A stretch of 50,689 nucleotides of DNA from a virus (taxonomy: Duplodnaviria; Caudoviricetes), in IMG/VR virus record IMGVR_UViG_3300017766_002899, positions 1 to 50,689 of that record; one strand, written 5' to 3'. The translations under genes and the position numbers were made by a program. Under the pieces are notes generated by a model. It was given only the letters and a program-made list of their open reading frames with translations. It did not search any database and had not been told where the DNA came from. Each line of letters starts with the position of its first letter. Position 1 is the first letter of the stretch. Shown piece after piece: positions 18,783 through 28,414 of the stretch.

Positions 18783-19949
18783 CTAGTAGTTTCCGAACGC
18801 CTTAGCGGCGGCGGTGTCGTCGGCGGCGATCATTTTGGCCGCCCCCATAGGCTTGTGAGCGAACTCCGCGACCACTTCCGGGTCCAGGCCCAACTTGCGG
18901 GCCGCCGCGGGGGTCACGGGTTCGGGCTCTTTGCGGAAATTCATATCGAAGGCGTCGCCCAGCGCGAAGACCTCCGCGGACGGGACGCGCCACCGCTCTT
19001 TCCCAACCACGTGTCCTAGGGCAAAATACGGGATCGTTCCACCGCTGCGGATGATCGCCAATCCTTGTTCCTCCAGGGCGTCCACCCGGGCCTCTATGAT
19101 CTTGGCCGCCCGCTTGAGGTGGCGAAGCTCCAGGCCCACCGCCTGGGGCGGAAGGTCATGGGGGATCGTGTCGCCCGCGACGTCCATGGCGGACGCGCTG
19201 GAGCGCATGAAGGCGTCACACCCCCGGCGGGCGGAGCAATCCCCGCACCATGGGCCGGTTTGTGTCGTGGGCGTCGGGCTCTTGGCCTTGCGCGCCGCGG
19301 CGGCCAGATCGTCCACAAGGCCCGCCATGATCCGCCCGGAGGTGTCCCAGCGCCGGACCGGGCCCTCCCGGTGGTAGTTGCGCGGCTGGATCACCCGGAG
19401 GCTCACCGACCACTCTAGGCTTTGCTCGCGGGTGATCCCGAAGGTTTCGAAGATGCACCCGACATAGTCCGTAAGCTGGAGGTTGCGGAACGGCGGGACG
19501 TAGCGGTGGCCGTATTTGTAGTCCCAGACGATCAACCGCCTGCGGGCAAAGGAAAGCGCGAAGGTGTCGGGCGTTCCCTCGTTCTTGGGGTGGATCGTCT
19601 TATGGCCGTAGACCTTCGCCTCTACGTAAAAGGTTGCCTCCGGGTCCTCCCGGCGGAGGTCCGCCAGCGCCGCCAAGACGTCGTCGAGGTAGAGCGTCCC
19701 GCACTCCACCATTTCCGCCGTAATGGGGTGACCGTTCGGCGCCAGCGTGTCCACCGGCCAGACGCGCCCGTAAAGGGTTTCGGTCACATAGAAGTGGGCC
19801 GCCGTCCCCTCGCGTTGTTCCGGTGTGTCCTGGTCCTCCGGGTAAAGAGGTTCCAGGGCGTGAGAGCCGGAGCAATTGCCCCACCGCTCCGCCCGCGAGG
19901 GACGGAGAATTTCGGCGGGATCGGGCGTGGCGACGACGGCCATTCTCAT
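18783..19949 (-). CDS. Cas4-like PD-(D/E)xK exonuclease (DUF2800-like)
   Basis: PS...W..C, EGTAAH, GTPD, DYKYG, QL..Y, QPR and GPWC..C.....C motifs. Confidence 0.85.
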   Translation of the reverse strand: MRMAVVATPDPAEILRPSRAERWGNCSGSHALEPLYPEDQDTPEQREGTAAHFYVTETLYGRVWPVDTLAPNGHPITAEMVECGTLYLDDVLAALADLRREDPEATFYVEAKVYGHKTIHPKNEGTPDTFALSFARRRLIVWDYKYGHRYVPPFRNLQLTDYVGCIFETFGITREQSLEWSVSLRVIQPRNYHREGPVRRWDTSGRIMAGLVDDLAAAARKAKSPTPTTQTGPWCGDCSARRGCDAFMRSSASAMDVAGDTIPHDLPPQAVGLELRHLKRAAKIIEARVDALEEQGLAIIRSGGTIPYFALGHVVGKERWRVPSAEVFALGDAFDMNFRKEPEPVTPAAARKLGLDPEVVAEFAHKPMGAAKMIAADDTAAAKAFGNY

Positions 19950-19955
19950 AACTCC

Positions 19956-20849
19956 CTAGGCGCCCAGATAGGCGTTAAAGAGTTCTTCGAACGCCGGGAT
20001 GAGGTCCGGGCGCGACAGGAGGCCGCGGACGTTCTCCAGGCCGACTTGGGTGGCGAGCGAAGTGGTTTCCGCCGCCGTGATCTTGCCGGACCCTTGGGCC
20101 TCCGTAATCTTCCGCATGACGGCGGCGAAGGTCTGGGCGCCCGACACCGGCGGGGCCGGCGGGGTTTCAGCCGGGATCGCACTGGGGACAGTGGCCGACG
20201 GCGGGACAGGAACCGCAGCCGGCGCCGGGGGCTGGGGGACGGGAGCGGCCTCCGGCGGCGAGGGCGGGGAGGGGGCGGGCGCCGCAGACTGGACAGGCGG
20301 CGGCGGGGGCGGTGCGGGGGTTTCGGCCACCGCAGCCGCGACAGGGGCCGGGGGGACGGCGGGCGCACCCATGGCGGCGCGGAGTTCGGCCACGACGGCG
20401 GCGCGGGTCGCTTCCGGGACATTGCGCTTGAGGCGCCATTTGTTGTCCGTCTTGGTGCGGTTCTTGCCCTCCGAGTGGATGCGGGCGTCCCACGGGAGGC
20501 CGTCGGCGTCCAGGTCACCAAGCGCCGGCGCCGCGACAGGTTCCGCAGAAGCCGCCGCCGGCAACGCGGCCAAGGCCGCCGCAGTTTCGACACCGCCAGC
20601 GAAAGGGACGCCTTCCTCATCCGGGCCCGGGGCCGGCGGTTGCGGCGCGGCGGCGAAAGCGCGTTCCGCCGTGGGTTCGGAGGTGAAAGCGGAAACGGGG
20701 TCCGGTGCGCCGCCCGGGTCGAAGCCTTGAACGCGAAGGCCGGCGGCCTCCAGATTATCCAGGGCTTCCGGGAAGCGCATTCCCAAAAGCGCAATGAGGG
20801 CCGCGGCGTCCCCCAGCGTCATTGTGGACGTTTCGAATTGGATATTCAT
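19956..20849 (-). CDS. Pro/Ala-rich hypothetical replication-module protein
   Basis: D.DGLPWDARIHS.....DNKWR.KR.V core flanked by low-complexity linkers. Confidence 0.75.
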   Translation of the reverse strand: MNIQFETSTMTLGDAAALIALLGMRFPEALDNLEAAGLRVQGFDPGGAPDPVSAFTSEPTAERAFAAAPQPPAPGPDEEGVPFAGGVETAAALAALPAAASAEPVAAPALGDLDADGLPWDARIHSEGKNRTKTDNKWRLKRNVPEATRAAVVAELRAAMGAPAVPPAPVAAAVAETPAPPPPPPVQSAAPAPSPPSPPEAAPVPQPPAPAAVPVPPSATVPSAIPAETPPAPPVSGAQTFAAVMRKITEAQGSGKITAAETTSLATQVGLENVRGLLSRPDLIPAFEELFNAYLGA

Positions 20850-20874
20850 TGGGGGAAATTCCCTCCGGTTTGAG

Positions 20875-20915
20875 TTGACCGGCGAAGCGTTACGCCGCTA
20901 TGACGGAGGCGTCAA
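20875..20915. promoter_or_regulatory. Overlapping divergent promoters with operator
   Basis: Minus strand: TTGACG-17-TAACGC. Plus strand: TTGACC (20875) and GCTATGAC. Palindrome ATGACG-GAGG-CGTCAA at 20900-20915. Confidence 0.6.
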
Positions 20916-20929
20916 CGAAAGTTTCCGAC

Positions 20930-22570
20930 GTGATCCCAGAATTACGGCCCTACCAAACGACACTGTTAGGCGACGTTGACGAGGCGTGGCGCAATGGGGC
21001 TCGCAACGTCGTTATGCGGCTGGATACGGGCGGCGGAAAAACCGTCCTCCTGTCCACTCTCCACAATCGACACATTGGCGCGTCCGCAATTATCGCCCAC
21101 CGGCAAGAGCTAGTTTCGCAACTCTCCATGGCCGTCGCGCGGTACGGCGTTCGCCACAATTTGATTGCATCCCAGAAGGTGCGCCGGGCGATTGCCGCGC
21201 AACATATCGCGGAGTTTGGCCGTTCGTTTTTCGATCCTGGAGCCCGGTGCGCCGTCGCCTCCGTGGACACGCTCATAAGGGCGGAAGGGCTGGAGGGCTG
21301 GGCGGCGCAAGTTACGCTTTGGACCACGGACGAGGGACACCACCTTGTCTTGGATAACAAGTGGCACCGGGCGATTGAGAAATTTACCCACCCAGATTGC
21401 CGCGGCTTGCTCCCGACGGCCACGCCCAAACGCGCCGACGGGAAGGGCCTGGGGCGCCCGCCGCTGGGCGCCGGCGTGGCGGACGCCATGGTGGAGGGGC
21501 CGCCCATGCGTTGGCTTATCGCCCAAGGCTTCCTCACGGATTACCGGATCGTTTGCCCCCATAGCGACCTGGAAATTTTGGGGGACGTGAGCGCGTCCGG
21601 GGACTGGAGCGCCGCCCAGCTTAGGGACGCCGCCCAACGCTCGCATATCGTCGGTGACGTGGTGGCCTCGTATCTGCAATACGGGCGGGGCAAACTGGGA
21701 ATTACGTTTTCGACCGACGTAGAGACCGCCGCCCAGATGGCCCAAGCCTACCGGGCCGCCGGGGTCCGCGCGGAGTGCCTCACCGGCCAGACCGACGACG
21801 GTTACCGCCGGCAAATCCTCAAGCAATACGCCGCCCGCCAGATTGACCAAATCGTCGCCGTGGACATTGTTTCGGAGGGCTTCGACCTCCCGGCCATTGA
21901 GGTCGCCTCGCTCGCCCGGCCCACGGCTTCGCTTGCGCTCTACATGCAACAATTCGGGCGGGCGCTGCGTCCGCTGGCCGGCAAAGACAAAGCCATAATT
22001 ATCGACCACGTGGGAAACTTTGTCCGCCACGGGCCGCCGGATCGCCCCCGGGTGTGGGGCCTGGAAAGCCGCGACCGCAAAGGCGGTGGTGGCGGCGGAA
22101 TTCCAATGCGCGTGTGTACGGGGTGCTTTTTCCCATACGAACGGTTTTATGTCGCTTGCCCGGCGTGCGGCCACCGCGAGGAACCGGCGGCCAGAAACGG
22201 CCCGGACCAAGTGGACGGCGACTTGACGGAGTTGGACGCGGAGACCCTCGCGCGGCTCCGCGGTGCGGTCCTGGAGGCGGACCAATCCGTGGACGATTAC
22301 AGCCGTTGGCTATCCTCTACCGGCGTCAATCAAGTCATGTATCTAACCAACCGCAAGCGCCACGTGGAAAAGCAACAAGCGCAAGCGGACCTCCGGACCG
22401 AAATGGAAAACTATGTTCGGTCCTGTCTTGCGGAAGGTCTCCACGACCGCGAAATCCACCGCAAGTTTTACCTCGTCTTTGGTGTGGACGTCCTAACCGC
22501 GCGAGCATTGGGCCGCGCGGACGCAGAAGCTTTGCGCTTCAAAATATCGGAGGCCCTGAAAAATGGATAA
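20930..22570 (+). CDS. SF2 DEAD/H-box helicase
   Basis: LRPYQ, TGGGKT, DEGHH, TATP, EGFDLP and QQFGRALR motifs, plus a C-terminal CxxC/CxxC. Start is 20930 (GTG) or 20900. Confidence 0.92.
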   Translation: MIPELRPYQTTLLGDVDEAWRNGARNVVMRLDTGGGKTVLLSTLHNRHIGASAIIAHRQELVSQLSMAVARYGVRHNLIASQKVRRAIAAQHIAEFGRSFFDPGARCAVASVDTLIRAEGLEGWAAQVTLWTTDEGHHLVLDNKWHRAIEKFTHPDCRGLLPTATPKRADGKGLGRPPLGAGVADAMVEGPPMRWLIAQGFLTDYRIVCPHSDLEILGDVSASGDWSAAQLRDAAQRSHIVGDVVASYLQYGRGKLGITFSTDVETAAQMAQAYRAAGVRAECLTGQTDDGYRRQILKQYAARQIDQIVAVDIVSEGFDLPAIEVASLARPTASLALYMQQFGRALRPLAGKDKAIIIDHVGNFVRHGPPDRPRVWGLESRDRKGGGGGGIPMRVCTGCFFPYERFYVACPACGHREEPAARNGPDQVDGDLTELDAETLARLRGAVLEADQSVDDYSRWLSSTGVNQVMYLTNRKRHVEKQQAQADLRTEMENYVRSCLAEGLHDREIHRKFYLVFGVDVLTARALGRADAEALRFKISEALKNG

Positions 22571-22922
22571 AAGAGTAACCTTCCGCGTTGACTTCAAAGG
22601 CCCGGTTATGGGCGCGACTTACGACACGGTGGGCGAGGCGGAGCAATACGCCGCCAAGTTCTCCGCGGGCGACCCGGCGATAACGGTAGAGGTCCCGCTT
22701 TCCCTCTGGAAGCGCGCCACGATCACGCCCCCGAAGACCCCGCCGCCGGCGCCCTCTGGCCGCTGCGGTACGTGCGGCGAACTGATAAAGCCCGACGCGT
22801 TGCTTGGGTCCGTCTGCGGCTGCGTGGCGCCGAACGAGAAAAGCCCGCCGGCCAAGTGCCACCGCGAGGCTTGCTTGGCTTGTGACGAGACCCAACGGCG
22901 CACGTGCGGATATTGGTTTTGA
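22563..22922 (+). CDS. Hypothetical Cys-rich protein
   Basis: Overlaps both neighbours; eight Cys in the C-terminal half. Confidence 0.55.
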   Translation: MDKRVTFRVDFKGPVMGATYDTVGEAEQYAAKFSAGDPAITVEVPLSLWKRATITPPKTPPPAPSGRCGTCGELIKPDALLGSVCGCVAPNEKSPPAKCHREACLACDETQRRTCGYWF

Positions 22923-23398
22923 CACCCGCCGGCCTGATAGACTGGGCGCGGCGGTGGAACCTCCCGCCCCAGGCGTTCGCGGAGCTTCGCCAGTTGACCG
23001 GGGCCGTTACGGCGGTCCCGGCGCCGCCCGGCCAGAATGAGGCGTATTCGCAAAGCCAAGTCCGCCTGGAGGCTGCGGCCAAGGGTGTCCGGCTATGGCG
23101 CAATAACGTCGGCGCGCTCCAGGACGCGCAAGGCCGGTGGGTCCGCTACGGGCTCGCCAATGACAGCAAGACGCTAAACGAAAAGCTCAAGTCTTCGGAT
23201 TTGATCGGCTGGAGACCCGTGGCGATCACCCAGGCCCACGTGGGTTGCGTCCTCGCGCAATTCGTCTCGCGGGAGTGCAAAGCGCCCGGCTGGAAATACG
23301 CCGGGACGGACCGGGAGACCGCGCAAGAGACGTGGTTAAATCTGGTTCTGGCGGAGGGTGGAGACGCCGCCTTTACCACCGGTCCCGGATCGTTGTAG
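22919..23398 (+). CDS. VRR-NUC-like nuclease
   Basis: E...Q, LWRNNVG, SSDLIG, ECK and Q..W....GG.A motifs; TTGA overlap start. Confidence 0.8.
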   Translation: MTPAGLIDWARRWNLPPQAFAELRQLTGAVTAVPAPPGQNEAYSQSQVRLEAAAKGVRLWRNNVGALQDAQGRWVRYGLANDSKTLNEKLKSSDLIGWRPVAITQAHVGCVLAQFVSRECKAPGWKYAGTDRETAQETWLNLVLAEGGDAAFTTGPGSL

Positions 23399-23400
23399 TG

Positions 23401-23416
23401 ATGACGGGCGCGTCAA
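23401..23416. promoter_or_regulatory. Operator-like palindrome upstream of the TetR-like gene
   Basis: ATGACG-GGCG-CGTCAA. Confidence 0.6.
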
Positions 23417-23433
23417 AGGATCGGGAGAACGAT

Positions 23434-23751
23434 ATGGACGACAAGACCCCGCGGAAGCGGATACCCCACACCGAACGGGATAGCCGCGTTCTGGCCGCCG
23501 CGATTGTGGAGGCCCGGGAACACGGCTACCAATGGATCACGCGGGACGCCGTGGCCTCACGGTCGGGTGTGTCGCTGGGAGGCGTGAACAACGCCTTTGG
23601 GACCATGGTGGAACTCAAGCGGGCCGTCATGCGCGAGGCCGTCGCCAAGAGCATCCTCGAAATCGTGGCCCAAGGGTTGGCGGATCGGTCGCCTATCGCT
23701 CTGGCGGCGCCCCCGGAGATACGCGCCGCGGCGCTGCGTAGTCTGGGCTAA
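23434..23751 (+). CDS. TetR-like helix-turn-helix regulator
   Basis: VLAAA...GY...TRDAVASRSGVSLGGV...FGT..EL matches the TetR HTH pattern; GGGAG RBS. Confidence 0.75.
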   Translation: MDDKTPRKRIPHTERDSRVLAAAIVEAREHGYQWITRDAVASRSGVSLGGVNNAFGTMVELKRAVMREAVAKSILEIVAQGLADRSPIALAAPPEIRAAALRSLG

Positions 23752-23774
23752 GTCGGGCGTGCGAAGGGGACCTA

Positions 23775-26264
23775 ATGCAATGTCTACCACCACCGTTGGC
23801 ACCGCTGGGCGCGTGGCCGCAATTCGTTTGTTGGTTCGCCGTACCGATCCCGGATAAGCCGGGCAAACTCAATAAGTTCCCGTGCGATTGGCAAAGCGGC
23901 GCGGTAATCGACGCCCACGACGCACGGTATTGGACTACCGCAGAAAACGCCCTTGCGTGCGCCGCGCGGTGGGATCGGGGCCACGGCTTCGGGGCCGGCT
24001 TTGTCTTCACCGAGGCGGACCCGTTTTTCTTCCTGGACCTGGACCGCGCATGGATCGCGCCGACGGCGACAGAGGCGGGCCGGTGGTCGCCGCTCGCCCT
24101 GGACCTATGCCACCGCCTGGGCGGCGCCGCGGTGGAGGTCTCGGTTTCGCATACCGGGCTCCACGTGATCGGGCGGGCCGCCCAGCTTCCGCACGGGTGC
24201 AAGAACACGCCCCACGGCCTGGAGCTTTACACGTCCAAGCGGTTCGTCGCGCTCACCGGGATCAACGCCGTGGGCGACGCCGCAGCGGACGTGACCGCCG
24301 GCTTTATGACCGTCGTGGATCAATTCTTCCCGCCGACCGCCACCGGCGAGTGGGACGCGTGGTCGGACGCCCCCGTGGCCGAATACACCGGCCCGGCGGA
24401 TGATGACGAGTTGGTGCGCCGGGCGCTCGCCAGCGCCGCCAAGAATGCCGCCGCCGCGTTCGGGGGCCGGGGGAACCCGACCTTTGCGGACCTCTGGGAA
24501 GCCCGCGCCGACGTTCTGGCCGCCTGGAGGCCGGGCGAGGGGTCCAAGGCGTTCGGTCAATCGGAAGCGGACCAAGCGTTGGCGAATATGCTGGCGTTCT
24601 GGACCGGCAAGAATTGCGAGCGCATGGAGCGGCTTATGCGCCGGTCCGCCTTGGCCCGCGAAAAGTGGGACAGCCCGTCGCACCGAGACTATCTCCGCGG
24701 GACGATCACCAAGGCGTGCGCGTTCGTCCAGTCGGTCTATTCCACCCCGCCGGCGCCGGCCCCCGTGGTCGCCGCGCCAAGCACGGCGGAAATGCTGGCC
24801 GCGTCCCAGGCGGCTAACCGCCGGATGCGCGACGCCTCCACAGAATACATGGGGCCGTTGCAGCAACTAGACCACTTTGCGGGGTGTTTCTTCGATAACT
24901 CCACGGGAAAGGTCTACTCGCTAAGCCGCAATATGGAATTCACCAAGTCAACTTTCGACGTCAATTATGGGGGCCATCTGTTTATTCTGGACCCGGCTTC
25001 CCAGAAGACCACCGCCAGCGCGTGGGACGCTTTCACGCTTTCCCGGGTTAACGAGCCGGTGATCGTGGACGGCTTGTGTTTCCGCCCGGAGCGCGGGGAC
25101 GGCGAAGTTATCGAAGACGGGAACCGGCGTTACGCAAATAGTTATGTGGCCCACAACTGTCATATGGTGGAGGGCGAGCCCGGGAAGTTCCTGACCCACC
25201 TTGCAAAGCTCTTGCCGGACGAGGGTGACCGCGAATTGCTGGTCTCGTATCTAGCGAGCATGGCCCAAAACCCAGGCCGCAAATTCCAGTGGTGGCCCGT
25301 CCTCCAGGGTGCGGAAGGTAACGGGAAGACCATTCTTATTGCGGTTATGTCTTACGTAATGGGCATGGAATATTCCCACCTTCCCAACTCTCACGCGATT
25401 GCGAAAGACGGCCTCAAATTCAATAAATGGATTTACCGGAAACTATTTATCGGCATTGAGGAAATCAGCCTAGCCAACAAGCGGGACTTTCTGGATGAAT
25501 TTAAGATCGTCGTAACTAATGAACGTATCCCGATGGAAGGTAAGGGCGCGGACCAAATCAATATCGACAACCGCGCAAACGGGATGCTTTGCACGAACTA
25601 CAAAGACGGCGTCCCGATCACCGTGGACACCCGGCGTTACGCGATATTTTACACCGCCCAGCAAAGCGCAGAAGACATTCTCCGCGACGGTTTGACGGAC
25701 GAGTATTTCGCGGACCTCTGGGATTGGCTCAAGGGCCGCGGGGACTACGCGCACCTTGGCGGGGACTACGGCTTTGCGGTGACCGCCGGCTTTCTCAAGT
25801 CCGCCAAGATCGCGGCGAAGATGGACCCGGCCCGCCTGTCTACCCGGGCGCCCAAGACCACCTCCACGGACGAGGCAATCCAAAAGAGCATGGGCCGCGC
25901 CGAACAAGAGATTTTGGACGCCATAGACGAGGGCCGCGTGGGTTTCGCGGGCGGCTGGGTGTCGTCTTACTATCTGGACTTGCTCTTGGATCAAATCCGC
26001 GCCCCGGTCCCCAGGAACAAGCGCCGCGATATGATGAAGACGCTAGGTTATGACTTCCATCCCTACCTGTCCGACGGGCGGGTTAACGAGGTAGTCACGC
26101 CGGACGGGCGCAAGCCTAAGCTCTACATAGCCGCGCGCCACCGGGACAAAACCTTGACGCTCCCGCAAGAAATCTCCCGCGCGTATAGCGCCGCCCAGCA
26201 ACCCAACGCCCCGCCCACACCGGCGGAAGTCGCTTTTGCAGCGCCGTTGCGGGTGGTACGGTGA
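23775..26264 (+). CDS. Primase-polymerase / SF3 helicase fusion (NrS-1-like)
   Basis: DLD, E.S.S.TGLH, ELY...RFV and SEAD motifs; Walker A GAEGNGKT; IEEI. Confidence 0.88.
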   Translation: MQCLPPPLAPLGAWPQFVCWFAVPIPDKPGKLNKFPCDWQSGAVIDAHDARYWTTAENALACAARWDRGHGFGAGFVFTEADPFFFLDLDRAWIAPTATEAGRWSPLALDLCHRLGGAAVEVSVSHTGLHVIGRAAQLPHGCKNTPHGLELYTSKRFVALTGINAVGDAAADVTAGFMTVVDQFFPPTATGEWDAWSDAPVAEYTGPADDDELVRRALASAAKNAAAAFGGRGNPTFADLWEARADVLAAWRPGEGSKAFGQSEADQALANMLAFWTGKNCERMERLMRRSALAREKWDSPSHRDYLRGTITKACAFVQSVYSTPPAPAPVVAAPSTAEMLAASQAANRRMRDASTEYMGPLQQLDHFAGCFFDNSTGKVYSLSRNMEFTKSTFDVNYGGHLFILDPASQKTTASAWDAFTLSRVNEPVIVDGLCFRPERGDGEVIEDGNRRYANSYVAHNCHMVEGEPGKFLTHLAKLLPDEGDRELLVSYLASMAQNPGRKFQWWPVLQGAEGNGKTILIAVMSYVMGMEYSHLPNSHAIAKDGLKFNKWIYRKLFIGIEEISLANKRDFLDEFKIVVTNERIPMEGKGADQINIDNRANGMLCTNYKDGVPITVDTRRYAIFYTAQQSAEDILRDGLTDEYFADLWDWLKGRGDYAHLGGDYGFAVTAGFLKSAKIAAKMDPARLSTRAPKTTSTDEAIQKSMGRAEQEILDAIDEGRVGFAGGWVSSYYLDLLLDQIRAPVPRNKRRDMMKTLGYDFHPYLSDGRVNEVVTPDGRKPKLYIAARHRDKTLTLPQEISRAYSAAQQPNAPPTPAEVAFAAPLRVVR

Positions 26265-26338
26265 GCCGGGCGCTCGCGCCTTGGTCTCTCCAGACCGTGG
26301 GCCGCTCGGGTTGCCCCCAACCCGGGCGGCCTACCCCG

Positions 26339-26354
26339 TTGACGGGGCGGTCAA
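26339..26354 (+). promoter_or_regulatory. Promoter/operator copy
   Basis: TTGACG-GGGC-GGTCAA in an intergenic gap. Confidence 0.6.
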
Positions 26355-26397
26355 ATCGCGACAGCGTAGCCCGGCGCGTCAAGCTGGGGACCAACAA

Positions 26398-26817
26398 ATG
26401 ATCCGGGTATCTGTCCACCTCATATCGGCCATATCCTCCGCCAGATCGCGGGAGTTGGCCCGGATGGACATAGCAAACGACGGCCAATACAGCCTCCAGA
26501 ACCCGCGCTTTGGGTCATATGAGGCGGTCACCTACCGCGGTCGCGACGCCGACGCCCTGGACAACGCCGTTCCCCTCAAACGGGCCACCCTGACACACTG
26601 GCCGCGCGAGGCGCTCCACGTGTGGAACCTCGTTTACGCGCTCCTGGGCGCCATGGGCTACGTCAACCGCTCCGGCAATTCCGCCGGCCACTGTCTGGCC
26701 TCCGGGGACGCCCTAGAGGAAATCTTGACCGCCCTGGAGGAAAGCGAAGAACGCGCCGGCCAACTGGCGGCGGAGGTCGCGGCGTACCGGGACCGCTTTG
26801 GGGCGTTGACCGCGTGA
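26398..26817 (+). CDS. Hypothetical protein
   Basis: ATG at 26398 with GGGGA RBS; GTGA overlap with the methyltransferase gene. Confidence 0.65.
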   Translation: MIRVSVHLISAISSARSRELARMDIANDGQYSLQNPRFGSYEAVTYRGRDADALDNAVPLKRATLTHWPREALHVWNLVYALLGAMGYVNRSGNSAGHCLASGDALEEILTALEESEERAGQLAAEVAAYRDRFGALTA

Positions 26818-27884
26818 GCGTCGCTTACAACGAAATTGAGCCCTATGCCGTGGACTACCTCCGATGGCTCATGGTGGGCGAACTTATCGCCCCGGGCCAT
26901 ATCTTTGAATGCTCCATAGAGGACCTGACCCCGCGTGACTTACAAGGTTTTGACCAAGTTCATTTCTTCGCGGGAATGGGGGTGTGGAGCCATGCCCTAC
27001 GCGGAATTGGGTGGCCTGACAGTCGCCCAATTTGGACGGGCTCTTGCCCCTGCCAACCTTTCAGCGCGAGCGGCAAAGGCCGCGGGTTTGATGACGAGCG
27101 GCATTTGTGGCCCGCATTCTTCCACCTTATCACGACTTGCCGACCGGTCCGCGTGGTTGGCGAGCAAGTTGGAGGCACGGACGGCCTTGCTTGGCTCGAC
27201 CTTGTATCATCTGACCTGGAAAATGCAGACTACGCCGCAAGGGCAATCCCTCTATGTTCTGCGGGGTTCGGCTCGCCGGATATCCGAAACCGGATTTACT
27301 GGGTGGGCGACGCCGGTAGCGAACGGAGCGAACGGGACACCGGAGGCGTTTTTGGAGCGCAAGCGCCGGTCTATCGCCCGCGGGAACAAGATGGGGGTAG
27401 CCCTGACAGACTTGGGGCTCCAGGCGCAATTGGCGGGCTGGCCGACGCCCACGACGCCCAGCGGGGGACAGGTCCCGCCGCCTGGGACGAGCGCCACGGG
27501 GCGCACCCCGGACGGTCGGAAAGTCCAGGTGACGCTAAAGGACGTGGCGAGCTTGGCGGGCTGGCCGACGCCCACGGTGGCGGACGTGAATATGACTTAC
27601 GCCAAGGACCCCCAAAAGTACGCCCGGGACCGGCTGGAGCGGGAGAACGCTTGCAGCAACCTTGCCCAGACCGCCCAGGCATTGGCGAACGGCCCGGCCC
27701 GCTTAACGGCTTCTGGGGAAATGCGGATTGGCTCGCTTGCCGGGATGGAAGGTGGCGGCCAGTTGAACCCAGCACATTCCCGTTGGCTTATGGGTCTCCC
27801 GCCCGCGTGGGACGACTTCGCGCCATCGGAAATGCGATCAACGCGCAAGCCGCGCAAGAATTCTTGAGGGCCTTGGATGACTAG
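26814..27884 (+). CDS. C5 cytosine DNA methyltransferase (alpha-type chain, permuted motifs)
   Basis: FFAGMG (I), SCPCQPFS (IV), GEQV (VI), R.RIYWVG (VIII) and GNAI (X). Confidence 0.88.
   Translation: MSVAYNEIEPYAVDYLRWLMVGELIAPGHIFECSIEDLTPRDLQGFDQVHFFAGMGVWSHALRGIGWPDSRPIWTGSCPCQPFSASGKGRGFDDERHLWPAFFHLITTCRPVRVVGEQVGGTDGLAWLDLVSSDLENADYAARAIPLCSAGFGSPDIRNRIYWVGDAGSERSERDTGGVFGAQAPVYRPREQDGGSPDRLGAPGAIGGLADAHDAQRGTGPAAWDERHGAHPGRSESPGDAKGRGELGGLADAHGGGREYDLRQGPPKVRPGPAGAGERLQQPCPDRPGIGERPGPLNGFWGNADWLACRDGRWRPVEPSTFPLAYGSPARVGRLRAIGNAINAQAAQEFLRALDD
27091..27867 (+). CDS. Nested alternative-frame methyltransferase partner (beta-type chain)
   Basis: The frame is open from 26935 to 27867 inside the MTase gene, with three GW[AP]TP repeats and a motif IX-like LNPAHSRWLMGLP..W. 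The start codon is uncertain. Confidence 0.6.
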   Translation: MTSGICGPHSSTLSRLADRSAWLASKLEARTALLGSTLYHLTWKMQTTPQGQSLYVLRGSARRISETGFTGWATPVANGANGTPEAFLERKRRSIARGNKMGVALTDLGLQAQLAGWPTPTTPSGGQVPPPGTSATGRTPDGRKVQVTLKDVASLAGWPTPTVADVNMTYAKDPQKYARDRLERENACSNLAQTAQALANGPARLTASGEMRIGSLAGMEGGGQLNPAHSRWLMGLPPAWDDFAPSEMRSTRKPRKNS

Positions 27885-28146
27885 CCGCGCATTCGAACTG
27901 GCCGAACGCCAAGCGAAGATCACCGAGACAGTAAGCGGCCACGCGCACGCCGCCGTAAATGCCATGGCCTCCGGGCCGGCAAAGAGCGGCGCCAAGGCGG
28001 CGATAGCAGAGGCCGGGGAGCTTGCGCGCCTGGGCGCCCGGATCACGCTGGAGGCGCTCCCCTTCGCGCTGGAATATTACGAGGAAATGGGGGAGGCGGA
28101 GTTGCGCGCCTGGGCGCGTGACCTTGTGGCGGTCCTCCGGGGGTGA
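27877..28146 (+). CDS. Hypothetical protein, paralog 1
   Basis: Shares PFALEY...M.EA.LRAWARDLVA with the next gene. Confidence 0.7.
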   Translation: MTSRAFELAERQAKITETVSGHAHAAVNAMASGPAKSGAKAAIAEAGELARLGARITLEALPFALEYYEEMGEAELRAWARDLVAVLRG

Positions 28147-28409
28147 GGGCTTTTTTCCTACTCCAGCACGCGGACCGGATAGACAATACGGTTCGGGGGC
28201 TCGCCAACTCCATGAACGAGGGGATGGGCGGGGCGCCGGCGGACAAGATGGCCCGGCGTGACGTGATCGCCCTAAGCGGGGAAATATCCGCCGCCTTTGT
28301 GCGTTACGCCTCCGTCGTGCAACCGTTCGCGCTAGAGTATGATCCGAACATGAGCGAGGCGGCCTTGCGCGCCTGGGCTCGCGATCTTGTGGCAACCCTA
28401 AAGGATTGA
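28143..28409 (+). CDS. Hypothetical protein, paralog 2
   Basis: GTGA overlap; shares the C-terminal motif. Confidence 0.7.
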   Translation: MRAFFLLQHADRIDNTVRGLANSMNEGMGGAPADKMARRDVIALSGEISAAFVRYASVVQPFALEYDPNMSEAALRAWARDLVATLKD

Positions 28410-28414
28410 CGGCC

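Noticed and set aside
18783-19949. Cas4-like gene as part of a CRISPR system
   Set aside because: There is no array or other cas gene, and it sits in the usual SSB-polymerase replication module.
23245-23751. Lysogeny module around the HTH gene
   Set aside because: No integrase, parAB or CI/Cro pair was found; the protein is TetR-like and co-oriented with replication genes.
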